In this document: one piece after another, positions 23,947 through 35,600 of the stretch
Numbering within the stretch: position 1 is the first letter of the stretch
Layout: each line of letters starts with the position of its first letter
From: Octopus sinensis
Taxonomy: Eukaryota
DNA: 64,000 bases
Assembly (NCBI RefSeq): GCF_006345805.1
Contig: NC_043010.1
Span: forward strand, 33,356,001-33,420,000
Direction: 5' to 3'
The notes under the pieces: generated by a model
Seen by the model: only the letters and a program-made list of their open reading frames with translations
What the model was told of the DNA's origin: nothing
Databases searched by the model: none
Position numbers and translations under genes: made by a program

Positions 23947-26900
23947 TACATATATACATATGTATGTGTGTGTGTTTGTGAGTCTGTGTTTGTCCCCCCA
24001 ACATCGCTTGACAACTGATGCTGGTGTGTTTACGTCTCCGTAACTTAGTGGTTCGGCAAAAGAGACCAATAGAATAAGTACTGGGCTTACAAAGAATAAG
24101 TCCCAGGGTCGATTTGCTCGACTAAAGGCGGTGCTCCAGCATGGCCGCAGTCAAATGACTTAAACAAGTAAAAGAGAGAGTATACCTCGTAACTTCACCT
24201 GGTTTCCTATAGGAGTGGTATAATCCTGAGTTAATGTCTAATGTAGCATCTAAGAAATTTTCCACCTTTGTGCCGTATTCAAAAGTAATACCTAAGCTGA
24301 AGCTTTTAAAAAATTTTCTAATTCTTTTCCTCATTCTTTCTCTGACTGATTTGTTGTCGCTAGAGATAATAAACAGAGCATCATTATCATCATCTCTATA
24401 TAAACCTCCCTGCAATTCAGGGATTAAGGCACTTTAAAAGATATGCACCAACTAGGTTAGTGATTTCAGCCAAATCACTCGAGCCCATAGCTATATTGAA
24501 ATTATCAGGGGTATCAGACCTTGTCCATAGTTTACCCTCAAATTCTATGATAGCCTTCCTGACTAAAAGAATGTCAATTTTATCCCTAGTTATGAGAGAG
24601 AAGTTGTTTGCAAAAATTAGAGATTTGTTAAGAAGAATAGGAGATATACTAGAATAACTGTTAATATCAAATTGAATAAACAAATGATTATGTATATTAT
24701 CAATGGATTTAAATCAATTTATCACTTCATCAGTATCAAACCATAATTTGAGAGATAGACTAGGAATTATTAGGGGTAATGTAGTATCCAGAATAGATTT
24801 AGTAAGTCAGCTTATTAAAATTCTATTTATTTATTTGTGCAGCTGAGGATAGCCCAGCATTTAAATTGATATAATGATTGCATTGTTCAATTAAATGGAG
24901 CCGCTTGAAATGGTCATACTGCATCACTTCTCGATATCCTGTTGCTTATTTTGATGTGTGTGTGTATATATACCATCGTTTTTTTCATCATCATTTTAAC
25001 ATCCACTTTTCTATTTTGCATGTGGTTGGCCAGAGTTTATTGATAGAGTGTTCATGCCCAGATGCCCTTCCTGTTACCAACTGTTACCTGTTTTCCAGCA
25101 ATGTAATATCTTCCCATGGTCAGACATGTTTATGCAGAATAGTGGAAATGAATGACATTCATTTACAGTACACAATGTCAAGACAAGGAGACACAAACAT
25201 ACATGATGGACTTCTTTCAGTTTCCATCTACCAAATCCACTCTCACAAGGCTTTGGTCAACCCAAGGCTATAAGAGAAGACACCTTTCCAGGGTATCCTG
25301 CAATGGGACTGAACCTGAAATTATGTGGTTGGAAAGAAAACTTCTTAATCACACACCAATGCCTGCATCTATATATATAAAATGCATGCATGTGTAAATG
25401 TATAATACTCACATCAATGTTTGCTGTCAAGATACTACTGATAACTTGAGCACACAAGAGTCTCATCTTAACAGATGTCTGAAAATAGATAAGAGAACAA
25501 GGATTATATTAGTAAAGAAATGAAATAGAGCAAAGATAAAATTAATACTAACAAATGCAACCACACATTATAATGGTTATTTTTTCTGGCTTGATATCAA
25601 ACTAAATTACTTATATCCTTATGAATAAACAAATATACTGCAACAGTATAATAACAATATAATTGAAACAAACAGCAGTAACCACATGGAACATAACAAC
25701 AATCTTTTAAGAATCAACAATCCAACATGTTAACTTGAACTATCAACTCAGACCACTACTATTTATATGCAGTGGTCCAGTCCATTCTCACCAGGGAGCA
25801 TTGTACTCTCACACAACATCTCCCCTTTTGAGATTTCATGTTACAAAGGAATAAAGAAATTTTTTATTTATATTTATTTATATATATATATATATTTGTT
25901 TTAAGTATCTCTCTCACTTGGACATTATCTCAAGGTGTTTGGTCTGCTTTCTTTTTCTCGTAGTGAAACATGGGCTGTGACTGCTGAGGATATGCGTAAG
26001 CTCGCAAGAAATGAAGCCAGTATGCTCCGATGGATGTGTAATGTCAGTGTTCATAATCGTCAGAGTGTAAGTACCTTGAGAGAAAAGTTGAACCTAAGAA
26101 GGGTCAGTTGTGGTGTGCAAGAGAGATGGCTGCGCTGGTATGGTCATGTGACGAGAATGGCTGAAGATAGTTGTGTGCAAAAGTGCTACACCCTAGCAGT
26201 TGAGGGAACCTGTGGAAGAGGTAGACCCAGGAAAACCTGGGACGAGGTGGTGAAGCACGACTTTCGAACTTTAGGTCTCACCAAGGAAATGACTAGAGAC
26301 CGAGACCTATGGAAGTATGCTGTGCGTGAGAAGACCCGGCAAGACTAGTCAGGCCATAACACATGGCCCCTACCTGGGACGTAGTCAGTCCACCTGTGCA
26401 TACCTTCCTTCTTGTGACACTTGTGAAGACCTGTTGAGGCAAGTGAAAATCAAATCAAATCAAAACAAATCAAAATAGATGAACATCAATGGAATTTGTA
26501 TCTTTGTGGTACCAGTGCCGGTGGCACACAAGAAAACCATCCGAACGTGGCCGTAGCCAGTACCGCATCGACTAGCCTCCGTGCTGTGGGCACATAACAA
26601 ACACCATCTGATCGTGGCCGTTCGCCAGCCTCATCTGGCACCTGTGTCGGTGGCACATAAAAACACCATCTGAGCGTGGCCGTCTGCCAGCCTCGTCTGG
26701 CACCTGTGTCGGTGGCACATAAAAAACACCATCCGAGCGTGGCCGTTCGCCAGCCTCGTCTGGCACCTGTGTCGGTGGCACATAAAATCACCCACTACAC
26801 TCTCGGAGTGGTTGGCGTTAGGAAGGGCATCCAGCTGTAGAAACACTGCCAGATCTGACTGGCCTGGTGCAGCCTTCGGGCTCCCCAGACCCCAGTTGAA

Positions 26901-29634
26901 CCGTCCAACCCATGCTAGCATGGAAAGCGGACGTTAAATGATGATGATGATGATGATGCTGGTTCTATAGGACTCTACTACTTTTGGTACTGGTCCATTG
27001 AATATTTCACAAAATACTTCCATGGGAATCTTGTGCAAGCCTCTTCCTTGGTTTATATGTCTCATGTTTACCCTTTAATTAGATACATCATACTTTCAAT
27101 TTTTCTAGTAACAAGACTATCTTCCCAGCCTTCTTTACTGTTTCTATAGGTTTTGAAATGCACTTTATCACCTATCTCGACGTATATTGTTGGCTCTTTC
27201 ATATTTCCTTTATGTCATTTTTCCCTGGTAATAGCTTATTAAAAATGGGTTTTATTCTTCTTCTGAACATCAATTCTGTGGGAAACTTTCCAGAATTTGT
27301 ACTTGGATTGGGTGGGGGGGGATCACTCTCTATATTTTTAAGAAATTTGTCAGTGCTTCATTGTTACATAATTCATTCCTTGTTTTTCTCAATGCTCTTT
27401 TAAAAGTGTCCACAAATCTTTCTACCTGCCTGATTGACCTCGGGTGGTAGGGTGGAGTGAAAATATGCATTTTCGCACATCTTTTACAGTAGTTCTTGAA
27501 TTCATACCCAGAGAATTGTGTTCTGTTGTCTGAAACTAGTGTGTCAGGAACACCATATCGCACAAACAATTCCTATAAGAACTATATAATTGTTTTACTT
27601 AGAGGTTGGTCTATAGCACCTGCAGACCTCTGGCCACCTAGTACAGCTATCTACTATGATTAGGTAGTAAGTACCATTTAGCGGTCCAGCATAGTCAATA
27701 TGTAACCTAGACCATGGGTTCTCCATCTCTGGCCATGATTGATATTTTACTGGTGGGGCTTTGGCCTTGAGCGCACATCCTCAGCATGTTCTCACCAAGT
27801 TTTTGATATCTCAGTCTATAGATGGCCAATAGACATAACTCCTCATCAGAGCTTTCATCCTTGCCATTTTGGGATGTCTGCTGTGAAACTGTTGCAAGAT
27901 ACCTTTTTGTAATGTAGTTGGTGCCACCACTCTTTGGGCATACATCAGAATATTGTCACAAATTGAAAAACTACTGGCATCTGAATTTTAATTCTGTTTA
28001 TTTTTTAACAGAATTAAAAAATGTTTTTATAACCTAAATGATATAAAACTTCAGTTAGTCAACACCAGCCATAATACATAAAATTTCAAGTATTTTATTT
28101 AGTCCCTCCAATCTTGACTATTTTGAAAATTAATAACACATTAGCAATATAATTACAAAAGGATTAGGATGGAGGCATAGTTTTGTATGACCTTTTTAAA
28201 ATTTCTCAGATATAATTCCATATTTTTTACTGTTACTACAACAAACAGCCCCTCCAAACTTTGAGACTGTATTCTACAAGCTTAAAAGTATTTGTTGCAT
28301 CAATTTGTTACACTTGCTCCATTTTCTCTTAAATCCTGCAACTATTCATATCTGAAGTTGACTAAAAGGTGTTTCATTCTTCAGTCAGACGGGTTTTTTT
28401 TTCAGACATAGTTTATGTAATTTACTATCCAAGATGTCCTACTTTTTTAGATGGTAGAATGTGATGTGAAAAACATTTGAATGATATTTCAAGTAAGTCA
28501 AATAATCACATAGCAGTTCTGTTGTTGGTTCAATTATTGTACCCTTTTTAAAAATATTTTTTACATCTAGATGAATTATGAGATTAAGGGCAATCCAGTT
28601 CAGCATGAGTCCTCTATCAGTCGATGGTTGAGCATCCTCAAAGAAAGCTGGCTATCTGCCTTCGTAACAGACAACCGGGACCGTCAAACATTTACAAGAT
28701 TTATATTAACCTCATTGCTCCCTTTCCATTTTTCATACCGATTTATTGATAGTCTCTTATTACACAAAAATTTAACAAAAAAAAAAATAATAAAAATTTG
28801 ATAGTCACCAATTTAGATAGGATATTTATCTCCGCAAGAACCCAATCTGGGCAGTCAAGGTCTCCACAAAATCGGAATTTCTAGAAAGAAATAAAAGGAA
28901 GAAAGCAAACTAGAATACTATGAAAATTAAAGAAGCTTGTGTTTGTGTCTGTTTCTATTCGTTTTTAATTATTTTATTTCCCAACAATTTATTTGAAAGC
29001 AGTATCAAATGTGATGTTGGGACTAGTGACTTTTACTGATGAAAGTCTTTTTTACAGTTAATCACTCAACTAACACTATACAGTAGAACAGTGCAAATAT
29101 TTTTAACTGACAAAATGGAAGTGAAAAGAATAACATATCTTTCCTCGGAATACCCTACCTCACACCTACTTACTGATTAGATTAGGTTAACACAGAAAAG
29201 TTGACACACACACACACACATATATACATATACATTAGTGGAGGTGGCAGCTCCTTCCTGTTTCTGAATATTTCTTTCTTTCTTTGTGCTTCCCCATTTA
29301 TAGCTGGCAAGATTGATTTTTGCATAGAACGAGTGTCCAGAGAGGTCATATTTGATAGCTTGCAGAGGGCTTATTTGGAGTTAGTAAGTCTTTAGCCATT
29401 TATCTTCTACATTTCTTCAAGAATGTTTTTCAAAGCGCCACGTTGTTCTGTCTTCTACGTGTTGCTTCTGGGATTAAGGATCGATGTTGGTGTTCTTCAT
29501 CGTCTGTTTCTGTTGATCTTCGTAGCATCACATGGAGCAGTCATGTGGTCTCTAAACAGTGCTGAATCCGATGTGACATGGCAATCTGGTACATATTCGT
29601 GCAGTGGACACTGTATGACTATCCATAGATAGAT

Positions 29635-29672
<38 letters not shown>

Positions 29673-30421
29673 CATCGTCATTTAAAGTCCACTTTACCAT
29701 GCTTGCATAGGTCAGATGCAATTTTTTTGGACAGATTTCCTACAACCAGGCCCATCACTTGTTTCCAAGCAAGGTAAAGCTAATATATAAATATTGTATG
29801 ATGAAGATACTCGTTTAGAAACCGCCACATAAAGTCAAGACAATGGTACAATACACGCATCTGTATACACATATATTAACAGAAGTCATAGAGTGAATCA
29901 AGGGTTGAGGTTTGGTCCTTGGGTCACTTTTGCAGATAATATATATTATTCTTATGCAAGAATAATAAATTTGTTCCCTACCATAGTATAGAATAACCCA
30001 ATGGATTAATGTAAAATTGTTTCTATTATATATCCGCCTCCCGGACAGTTACGTTTCAGACAGTAAGATGGACAAATATATTAACATATTCCAATATCTT
30101 CCCGTTCTACCATTTTAGCTTGTATAAGAGCCGTGCAGTAAAAGTAAGATTTCTGTGAGACTTGGTTTTGATTCTCTGTTAAAACCCGGTCATTTATACA
30201 ATATTTCATTTCCTGTCTTGCACATATCGGTAAAGACGGCGAAATGCGAAATACTAAGAATGTATTTATCTAAATTAAAAAAGTATAATTAAAATGAATG
30301 AAACACCAGAGGCTGATAAACTAAGATTGTCTCCCATAAAGAAATAGAAATAACGCAAAGAAAACAGCAAAATCTTAAAAATAAAAATATGTAATTCTCA
30401 CTAAGACAGTTTACTCACCAT
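8395..30421 (-). CDS. COMMD4: COMM domain-containing protein 4, spliced gene with 9 coding exons (606 nt, 201 aa)
   Basis: Exons join(30419-30421, 28809-28880, 25413-25478, 22320-22359, 21520-21639, 14052-14132, 12555-12616, 11204-11318, 8395-8441). All are GT-AG with compatible phases and give an uninterrupted ORF: [201 protein letters not shown]. It has the COMMD4 signatures [28 protein letters not shown] and the COMM-domain WRVDY. Confidence 0.96.
9807..10192 (-). mobile_element. tRNA-derived SINE family A, near full length
   Basis: Reverse complement of the head ggctgtgtggtaag...cccaaccacatggttctgggttc, core ttggtagacaaaaactgaaagaagcc and tail aaacaagtaaaaga. Confidence 0.85.
11204..11318 (-). 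CDS. COMMD4: COMMD4 coding exon 8
   Basis: tttccag|[38 protein letters not shown]+g|gtaagt, 115 nt. Confidence 0.94.
11600..12240 (-). mobile_element. Degenerate non-LTR (L2/CR1-like) RT remnant in a COMMD4 intron
   Basis: LFSDDI motif near 12010-12030, similar in nucleotide context to the remnants at 1-640. Confidence 0.35.
12555..12616 (-). CDS. COMMD4: COMMD4 coding exon 7
   Basis: aatttag|(I)[20 protein letters not shown]|gtaagg, 62 nt; contains the COMM-domain WRVD motif. Confidence 0.95.
13243..13642 (+). mobile_element. tRNA-derived SINE family A
   Basis: gtgtggtaagaagc...gtggatttggtagatggaaactgaaagaag, (TA)/(TG) linker, ...gactgaaacc. Confidence 0.85.
14052..14132 (-). CDS. COMMD4: COMMD4 coding exon 6
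   Basis: attccag|(E)[26 protein letters not shown]+a|gtaagt, 81 nt. Confidence 0.94.
14190..15480 (-). mobile_element. Degenerate RTE LINE (RT to 3'UTR, internally deleted)
   Basis: [23 protein letters not shown] near 15360-15425; [19 protein letters not shown]-terminus near 15100-15160; RTE tail sequence toward 14200. Confidence 0.75.
15811..16228 (+). mobile_element. tRNA-derived SINE family A, young full-length copy inserted into another short repeat
   Basis: ggcgcaagagtggctgtgtagtaagtagc...gggttcagtcccactg...gaaacaagtaaaagag; interrupts a ctcaaat|cacataccct repeat seen intact elsewhere in the window. Confidence 0.9.
16690..16953 (+). mobile_element. SINE family A, 5'-truncated
   Basis: ctactatagccttgggcc...gaaactgaaagaaacc...aataagtacc-like tail. 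Confidence 0.75.
16981..17188. repeat. Near-perfect fold-back inverted repeat of about 208 bp (about 103-bp arms, no spacer) between (TA)n tracts
   Basis: Arms pair from TATCTATACAATATG.../...CATATTGTATAGATA to a central CTATTT-GA-AAATAG, with one small indel and few mismatches. Confidence 0.92.
17379..17429 (-). ncRNA. Type I minimal hammerhead ribozyme motif in the Penelope pLTR (sense copy)
   Basis: AGCUUC-CUGAUGA-U UUC UUUU GAA U-GAAA-CAG UUCUAGUC CUG-UA-GAAGCU: stem I 6 bp, stem II 3 bp, stem III 4 bp, GUA cleavage triplet. Confidence 0.75.
17614..19445. repeat. Compound (TA)/(CA)/(TACA) microsatellite region inside the Penelope 3' region
   Basis: Dinucleotide arrays with higher-order units of about 440 bp (about 18570-19010 and 19010-19450); source of many spurious H/T/Y/I and C/V/M ORFs. 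Confidence 0.95.
19533..20279 (-). mobile_element. Penelope linker plus GIY-YIG endonuclease ORF (249 codons open)
   Basis: Track ORF 19533-20033 extends upstream without stops to 20279 (translated by hand). Confidence 0.9.
20330..20930. repeat. Compound (TG)/(TA) microsatellite (inverted pLTR arm)
   Basis: Mirror of the left-arm microsatellite, with length variation. Confidence 0.95.
21115..21165 (+). ncRNA. Type I minimal hammerhead ribozyme motif (inverted pLTR copy)
   Basis: Identical to the copy at 17379-17429, on the opposite strand. Confidence 0.75.
21520..21639 (-). CDS. COMMD4: COMMD4 coding exon 5
   Basis: gtttcag|(D)[39 protein letters not shown]+g|gtaaaa, 120 nt. Confidence 0.96.
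21830..22198 (-). mobile_element. Two tandem copies of tRNA-like SINE family B
   Basis: Reverse complement of ggcagaatc...ttctgagttcaaat...tttcatcc...aataagtac...ccttgtgccaaaa, separated by (aat)n. Confidence 0.75.
22320..22359 (-). CDS. COMMD4: COMMD4 coding exon 4
   Basis: tgtacag|[13 protein letters not shown]+g|gtaagt, 40 nt. Confidence 0.93.
23718..24179 (+). mobile_element. tRNA-derived SINE family A, young full-length copy
   Basis: gtaggagtggctgtgtggtaagtagcttgc...aaacaagtaaaagagag, highly similar to 15811-16228. Confidence 0.9.
24180..24835 (-). mobile_element. Penelope-like (Neptune-type) reverse-transcriptase remnant
   Basis: FIQFDI...ISP.LLNKSL.FA...RK....EGKLW...F.IAMGS.D.AEI..LVG.YLL, GLYRDD, ERMRK...FK...ITFE...V.NFLD.TLD...G.Y..YRKP, with frameshifts. 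Confidence 0.85.
25185..25368 (-). mobile_element. SINE family A 5' half
   Basis: Reverse complement of the head through tggtagatggaaactgaaagaagtcc. Confidence 0.75.
25413..25478 (-). CDS. COMMD4: COMMD4 coding exon 3
   Basis: ttttcag|[22 protein letters not shown]|gtgagt, 66 nt. Confidence 0.94.
25960..26958 (+). mobile_element. 5'-truncated RTE LINE 3' end (ORF C-terminus, 3'UTR with 62-63 bp tandem units, (GAT)n tail)
   Basis: SETWAVT...[13 protein letters not shown]...[10 protein letters not shown]...[20 protein letters not shown] followed by the tail ending gatgatgatgat. Confidence 0.92.
27380..27905 (-). mobile_element. Ty3/Gypsy LTR-retrotransposon integrase remnant
   Basis: [15 protein letters not shown]-like segment and [22 protein letters not shown]...[20 protein letters not shown] (rve core), with stops. 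Confidence 0.85.
28809..28880 (-). CDS. COMMD4: COMMD4 coding exon 2
   Basis: tttctag|[24 protein letters not shown]|gtgact, 72 nt. Confidence 0.96.
30419..30421 (-). CDS. COMMD4: COMMD4 coding exon 1 (ATG only)
   Basis: Minus strand reads ...tttgaaacATG|GTGAGT, a strong donor directly after ATG; phase 0 matches the next exon. Confidence 0.85.
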
Positions 30422-30439
30422 GTTTCAAACTGGAATCAA

Positions 30440-31181
30440 CAACTCCCACAACTTCCGCTTAAACTTATCCTGCAGTAAATGGTTGAACTATCGTCTGCTA
30501 CAAATAATATAAGTTTTATGAAAATAAAATGAAAAACAGAACAAAAACAATGGATTTTCAAAATACATTTGTACTAATTGGTACTAAAAGTAAGTTCTAA
30601 AATATTTTAATAAATTTTCTTCTCAGAAATGTATTACGGATTTTAGAATTTAGCTTTCTGGTAATCACACGCATACACACACGCACGCACACACACACTA
30701 AAACATGCAGTATAGAGATTCTATAAATATTCAAGTAGTAACGTGTGTGTGTTTGTGTGTATAATGACGTTGATTGTAAATATCAATAATGATATAGTGA
30801 GCGCAGAAACTTTGATAATCTGCTAATATGCTAACAATTAGGCAATTAATAAAAAATATCCCACTAGGGGTGTATTTAAAATCTAAAAGTAACAAATAAA
30901 AGACGCACTCTTCGGCTTTAGTAAACAGGAAGAACACATTTGACAATGTAGCCCTACATATCCAAAAAGACGGAATAAACACGGCGAGGATGTTTTCGAT
31001 CATAGGCCTTATTTTAGTCTAAACAACAACGCCAACAAATGCAAATATTTTTGTACTCATTTAGAAATAACACTTGCTATGGTTTATTTTGGAGTCAACA
31101 GTTGCTGCGAAATAGCTACAGATACACTTCCGTCAGAGACAGAGAGATTTAGTCATTGAATGTTTTTGCTGTCTTCGCAAG
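30440..31181. promoter_or_regulatory. Putative bidirectional promoter between COMMD4 and MRPL9, plus MRPL9 non-coding exon 1 (about 31125-31181)
   Basis: Head-to-head genes; CpG-richer, nearly repeat-free interval; ETS-type ACTTCCG cores at 30451-30457 and 31126-31132; donor cgcaag|GTCAGT at 31181/31182. Confidence 0.6.
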
Positions 31182-32531
31182 GTCAGTTATCTGTTTTTGT
31201 TCTTTCTCAGTATTGAACATAATAACTTATTTTGTTGACATTAAAATATATGCCTTAGTTGTAAGTTTAACTCTGACGCTACAAATTAGTTAGTTATTAT
31301 AAAAGTTGGAGTATATTTGAATTACTGCAATTTCCCTTCGAATGCAGCATGGACGTTGTTTTTTAAGACTACTTTAGGGTAGAATGTGAACTCTGAAATT
31401 CACTATCTTTCCCCACTTCATTCCGTTAATTTTCCCAGAAATACCATGAATACTACAAGCCATTTTCTCCCTGCTTGATCAAAACAAAAATAACAATATT
31501 GAGTGTTGTTTGTTTTTTATCTATGTCAGCCCTCAACCGCAAATCTATGATCGAAAAAGCCTCTCGTATATCATTATTGGCTTTCGAGTTTCGGGCCGAT
31601 CTTTCGATTTATAAACATTAGTATTTGACACAATACTAAAAAAAAAAAAATGAAGAAAAAAAAAGTCAGGTAGAATTCTGATGCAAGCACACCATATAAC
31701 CATAACTTTTTATTTTATTTTGGGGAATTTTCACAAAACTGTTGCGAATTTGTGTTCTGCATACTGGAATCCATACAATTATGCAGAAAAAAGTTCTTAT
31801 TGGGAGAAACCCATCAATACATGTCAGAGTGACAAAGAAACGAAGAAGGTACCAGGTGGTCGTGGAATGTGTTACAAATAATACAGCTAAATCTCCCTTA
31901 AATTACACACCTTTTCGTATGAAAATGAATTTGAATTTATAAACAGAAACAAATTGCAGATTTATACTGTCCATATTTTAAAACCATGGCAAAAAAAAAA
32001 GTGGAAATTCTAGGAGTAATGGGGTAGGAGTGATAAAAAAATTACTTGCATAAGCATATGAATTCCAGTGTGTAGAACACAGATTTGCAAATCAGGAAAA
32101 AGTAAAAAGGAAAAAAATTATGAAAATCCCTCCAAATAGAAAAGGCTGTGAGGAGTTATATGGTGTGCTTGGATCAGAATTCTGCCAAAAGGTGTTCCAC
32201 TTCCCCCTCTCTGTGTACATCAAGGAGTAAATTGACAACTCATGATTTGAAGGAAATTTGGCTTAAGTAATTAATAACTGTTAGAGAATATTTTGATCTC
32301 TATGACAGCCTAGAAGTAAGTCATTACATATTGCTTGATCTCCAAATTCCTCTCAAATGAATTCTATTCTAAACAAAGAAGGATACGTTAGACAAAAAGT
32401 TCTGTCCTTGGTCATGGTTGGAACACCTTTGATCATACGTCTGTTGAACTAGGGCCTACTTGAGGCTCAGCAACAGCCAGCTTAATTTTTGTTGTATTTC
32501 TTTCAAATTATTTTTTTCATTTATTTTATAG

Positions 32532-32630
32532 ATGGTGTCTTTAATTCGCAGGCTACCTCAGTGTGGGAATAACTTATTTCTTCAAGCCAACAAGAACCAT
32601 ATTAATAACTCATGTTTAGTATTAACACGG
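32532..32630 (+). CDS. MRPL9: MRPL9 first coding exon (mitochondrial presequence)
   Basis: ttttatag|ATG...TR|gtatgt, 99 nt; the ATG is the first base of the exon. Confidence 0.85.
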
Positions 32631-35600
32631 GTATGTTTCATTAAAGCAGTTTTCTTTTAAGTATTGTTAAAAATGATTGTCTTCCAGTTAAGCATAACTT
32701 TGCAGCTAGAGAAGACCATGTTAATTGTGGTGAACCATTTCTCACTAGAGATTTTAAAATAAAGCCAATTAATATTTTAAATACTATATTTACTGTCATA
32801 TAACAGACATTTAATACAAAAAAACCTCAGGGACAAAATTAGTGGGGTGCATTATCATCATCATCATCATCAACCCCTGGATATTATGAGGAATCATAAG
32901 GCCAGTTACTCACTTTCCATGGCATGTAAGTAACTGAGACCATGTCATTCATCCTGAACGGTACAGCAGCCCATTACAGGGTTACTCATTTACTGCTGAG
33001 TGGGCCTGTTGGTTATCAATTTATCTAAATTTGTGGTTAGTTATTGGAAATTTTTATATATTGATGATCTAGTTCTCATTGCAGAATGTTTGAAAGTTCC
33101 AATCTGGAGGAAATGTCCAGAATCCAATAGCCACATCTACATGGTCCAATGTTCAATCCTAAGATGCATGGTACCTTGGCAAGTGTCTCCTACCATAGCC
33201 TTGGGTTAACCAGCACCTTGTGTTTGGGATTTGATTGCCAAAAACTGTGCAAATGTTTGTTATATGTGTGTTTATCTTTCAGTGATGTACATTTGCAAAA
33301 CTTCAGTGAGAAATTGCCCATAAACTTGTGCCTTCAAACAAATATATCTTGTATTTGTTCAAGATGAGTCTCACAGAGTACCGTTGTCATTTTCACCATC
33401 AGAAACTACTATTATTAGTAGTGTCATCATGATGATGATAATGACAGTGGATTTGCAGAATTATTAAAGCATCAGACAAAGTTCCAGGCAGTATTTTTTT
33501 TTGTGGCTCTTTACATTCTGAGTTTAATCTCACTGAGGTCAACTTTACATTTTATCCTTTCGGTGAAGTACCAGCCCATTAGGAAGCAACAACCAGCAAT
33601 GATATAAAATAGGTATCCATAATCATATAGTTTTTATGCCAGAAGTCAAGAGGTTAAAGCAGTGGTTCTCAAAGTGAGTGCCCCCCTGTGTGTGTGGAAA
33701 TACTGTGAAATACTGTTGTTCTGAATTTGCTGCAGAAAATGGTCTGTGGTGGTGGGGGCACTAGGGATGTGGCCTTAGAACCAAGGGAGCAGCAGCCTGA
33801 AAAAGTTTGGGAACCATTGGGTTAAAGTATGATAGAGAGACAAGAACAGGTATCTTGCTGTAGGGAAGACACATGGTTACCCCAGTTGGGAAAAAAAAGA
33901 GGATGGAAGTGAAAGTGTATCAAAGACATACCTTCAAGTTACAGGAAGGTGAATATAAGAGAAACGGTATGGGCCTAGTAGGAAAAAACATGTGAAATGA
34001 ATGTAAAATATGATATTTTCACCGAAAAATATATGAATGTTTATTAATGTTATTTTGTAGAACACAGTTATTTTAAAACGACAATGGGCAGTTCCATTAA
34101 CCAATCCAGGAGACATACCTCATCTAAAGGATAAACATAGAGTATTTAAATTTGTTGAAAACACTGATGCTGTAAAACTGCCAGATATCCAGTGTATCCT
34201 CACAGACAATATTGATGGTAAGAAGTTATATTTATTATTTTTATCTATCATCAAGGCAGCGAGCTGGCAGAACCATTAGTGCGTCAGAAAAATTGATTAT
34301 TGCTAATGATGTGACTTTGCCTTTCATCCTTTCAGGGTTGATAAAATAAGTACCAGTTGAGCACTGGGGTTGATATAATCAAGTAACCCCTCTCTCCAAA
34401 AATTTGAAGCCCTGAGCCTAAAGTAGAAAGGATTATTATTAGTAGTGTCATGATGATGATAATGACAGTGAATTTGCAGAATTATTAAAACATCAGACAA
34501 AGTTTCATGCAGTATTTTTTTGTGGTTCTTTACACTCTGAGTTGAATCTCACTGAGGTCAACTTTACATTTTATCATTTCGGTGAAGTACCAGTCAAGTA
34601 TTGAGGTCGATAGTCTTGACTAACCCCCTCCACTAAAAATTTCTGTCCTTGTACCTAAATCAGAAAGTAAAGGTGGTGAGTTGGATGAAATGTTACCAAA
34701 AGGCTTAATGTCATTTTTTTCCTGCACTTTATGTTCTCTGTTCAGATGCTGTCAAGGCTGACTTTGTCTTTTGTCCTTCCAGGGTCAATAAAATAAGTAT
34801 CAGTTAAGCAGTGGGCTCAATGTAATCAACTGAAAATTTCTGGCTTTGTGCCAAAATTAGAAGGGATTGTTATTATTGGAAAGTAGCAAGCTGGCAGAAC
34901 TATTAGTGCATCAAACAAACTGCTTAGCCATATTTCTACCAATCTTTATGTTCTATGTTCAAATTCCACCAAGGTCAACTTTGCCTTTCATCCTTTTGAG
35001 AGTGTTGGTAATATACGTACCAGTTGAGCACTGTGTTCAGTAACCAACTTATCACCCACCTCTAAAATGGATGATCTTGTGCCAAAATTAGAAATCATTA
35101 TTGTCATTATTATTAAATCAATCCCTATCATTTTCACCCTAACATCTAAACCATATGTATCTACCCAGCATTCTGTATAAGTCTCTTATCAGTCTCTCTC
35201 CTGAGATGTAGAAGTTGATATTGACTTCTAGACCATCTTCTAAGTTCTCTTTAATCCTTTCGTTACTGTATTTATTTTGAGATGCTCTGTGTTTCTTTCA
35301 ATTATTTTAAATATAACAAAGAATTTAGTAAAATAACTTTATCATTCAGCTAGTGTTAGGAACATAAATTGTGACTAAGGTTTGGTGGAAGGTTTTAGTT
35401 CAAAACTTATGCAAACAAGACATTTGTACTCAGAGCCAGTTTGATAACAAAAGGGTTTAGCTCTTTTCTTTCAAAAATCACATAAGAAGTATCATCTTCA
35501 ATCCTTGCAGATTTTCTTTCCTTTGGAGTCACATATTCCACATCTGACATTGCTATGGTTTATCTCTTTTCTCAATTAACAGGCATTGGCTATAAGAATG

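Noticed and set aside
19533-24835. Idea that the Penelope RT remnant (24180-24835) and EN ORF (19533-20279) are one element that captured COMMD4 exons 4-5
   Set aside because: The RT piece is frameshifted and AT-rich while the EN piece is intact and GC-richer, and the EN is bounded by its own inverted pLTR; two insertions of different age are more parsimonious.
26590-26790. Regularly spaced direct repeats resembling a CRISPR array (also about 7000-7260 and 37640-37830)
   Set aside because: The units are contiguous tandem repeats without unique spacers, lie in an RTE 3'UTR of a eukaryote, and no cas genes are present.
31160-31181. ATG 31160 as the true MRPL9 start
   Set aside because: After splicing it is out of frame with the MRPL9 ORF and stops within exon 2; kept only as a uORF candidate.
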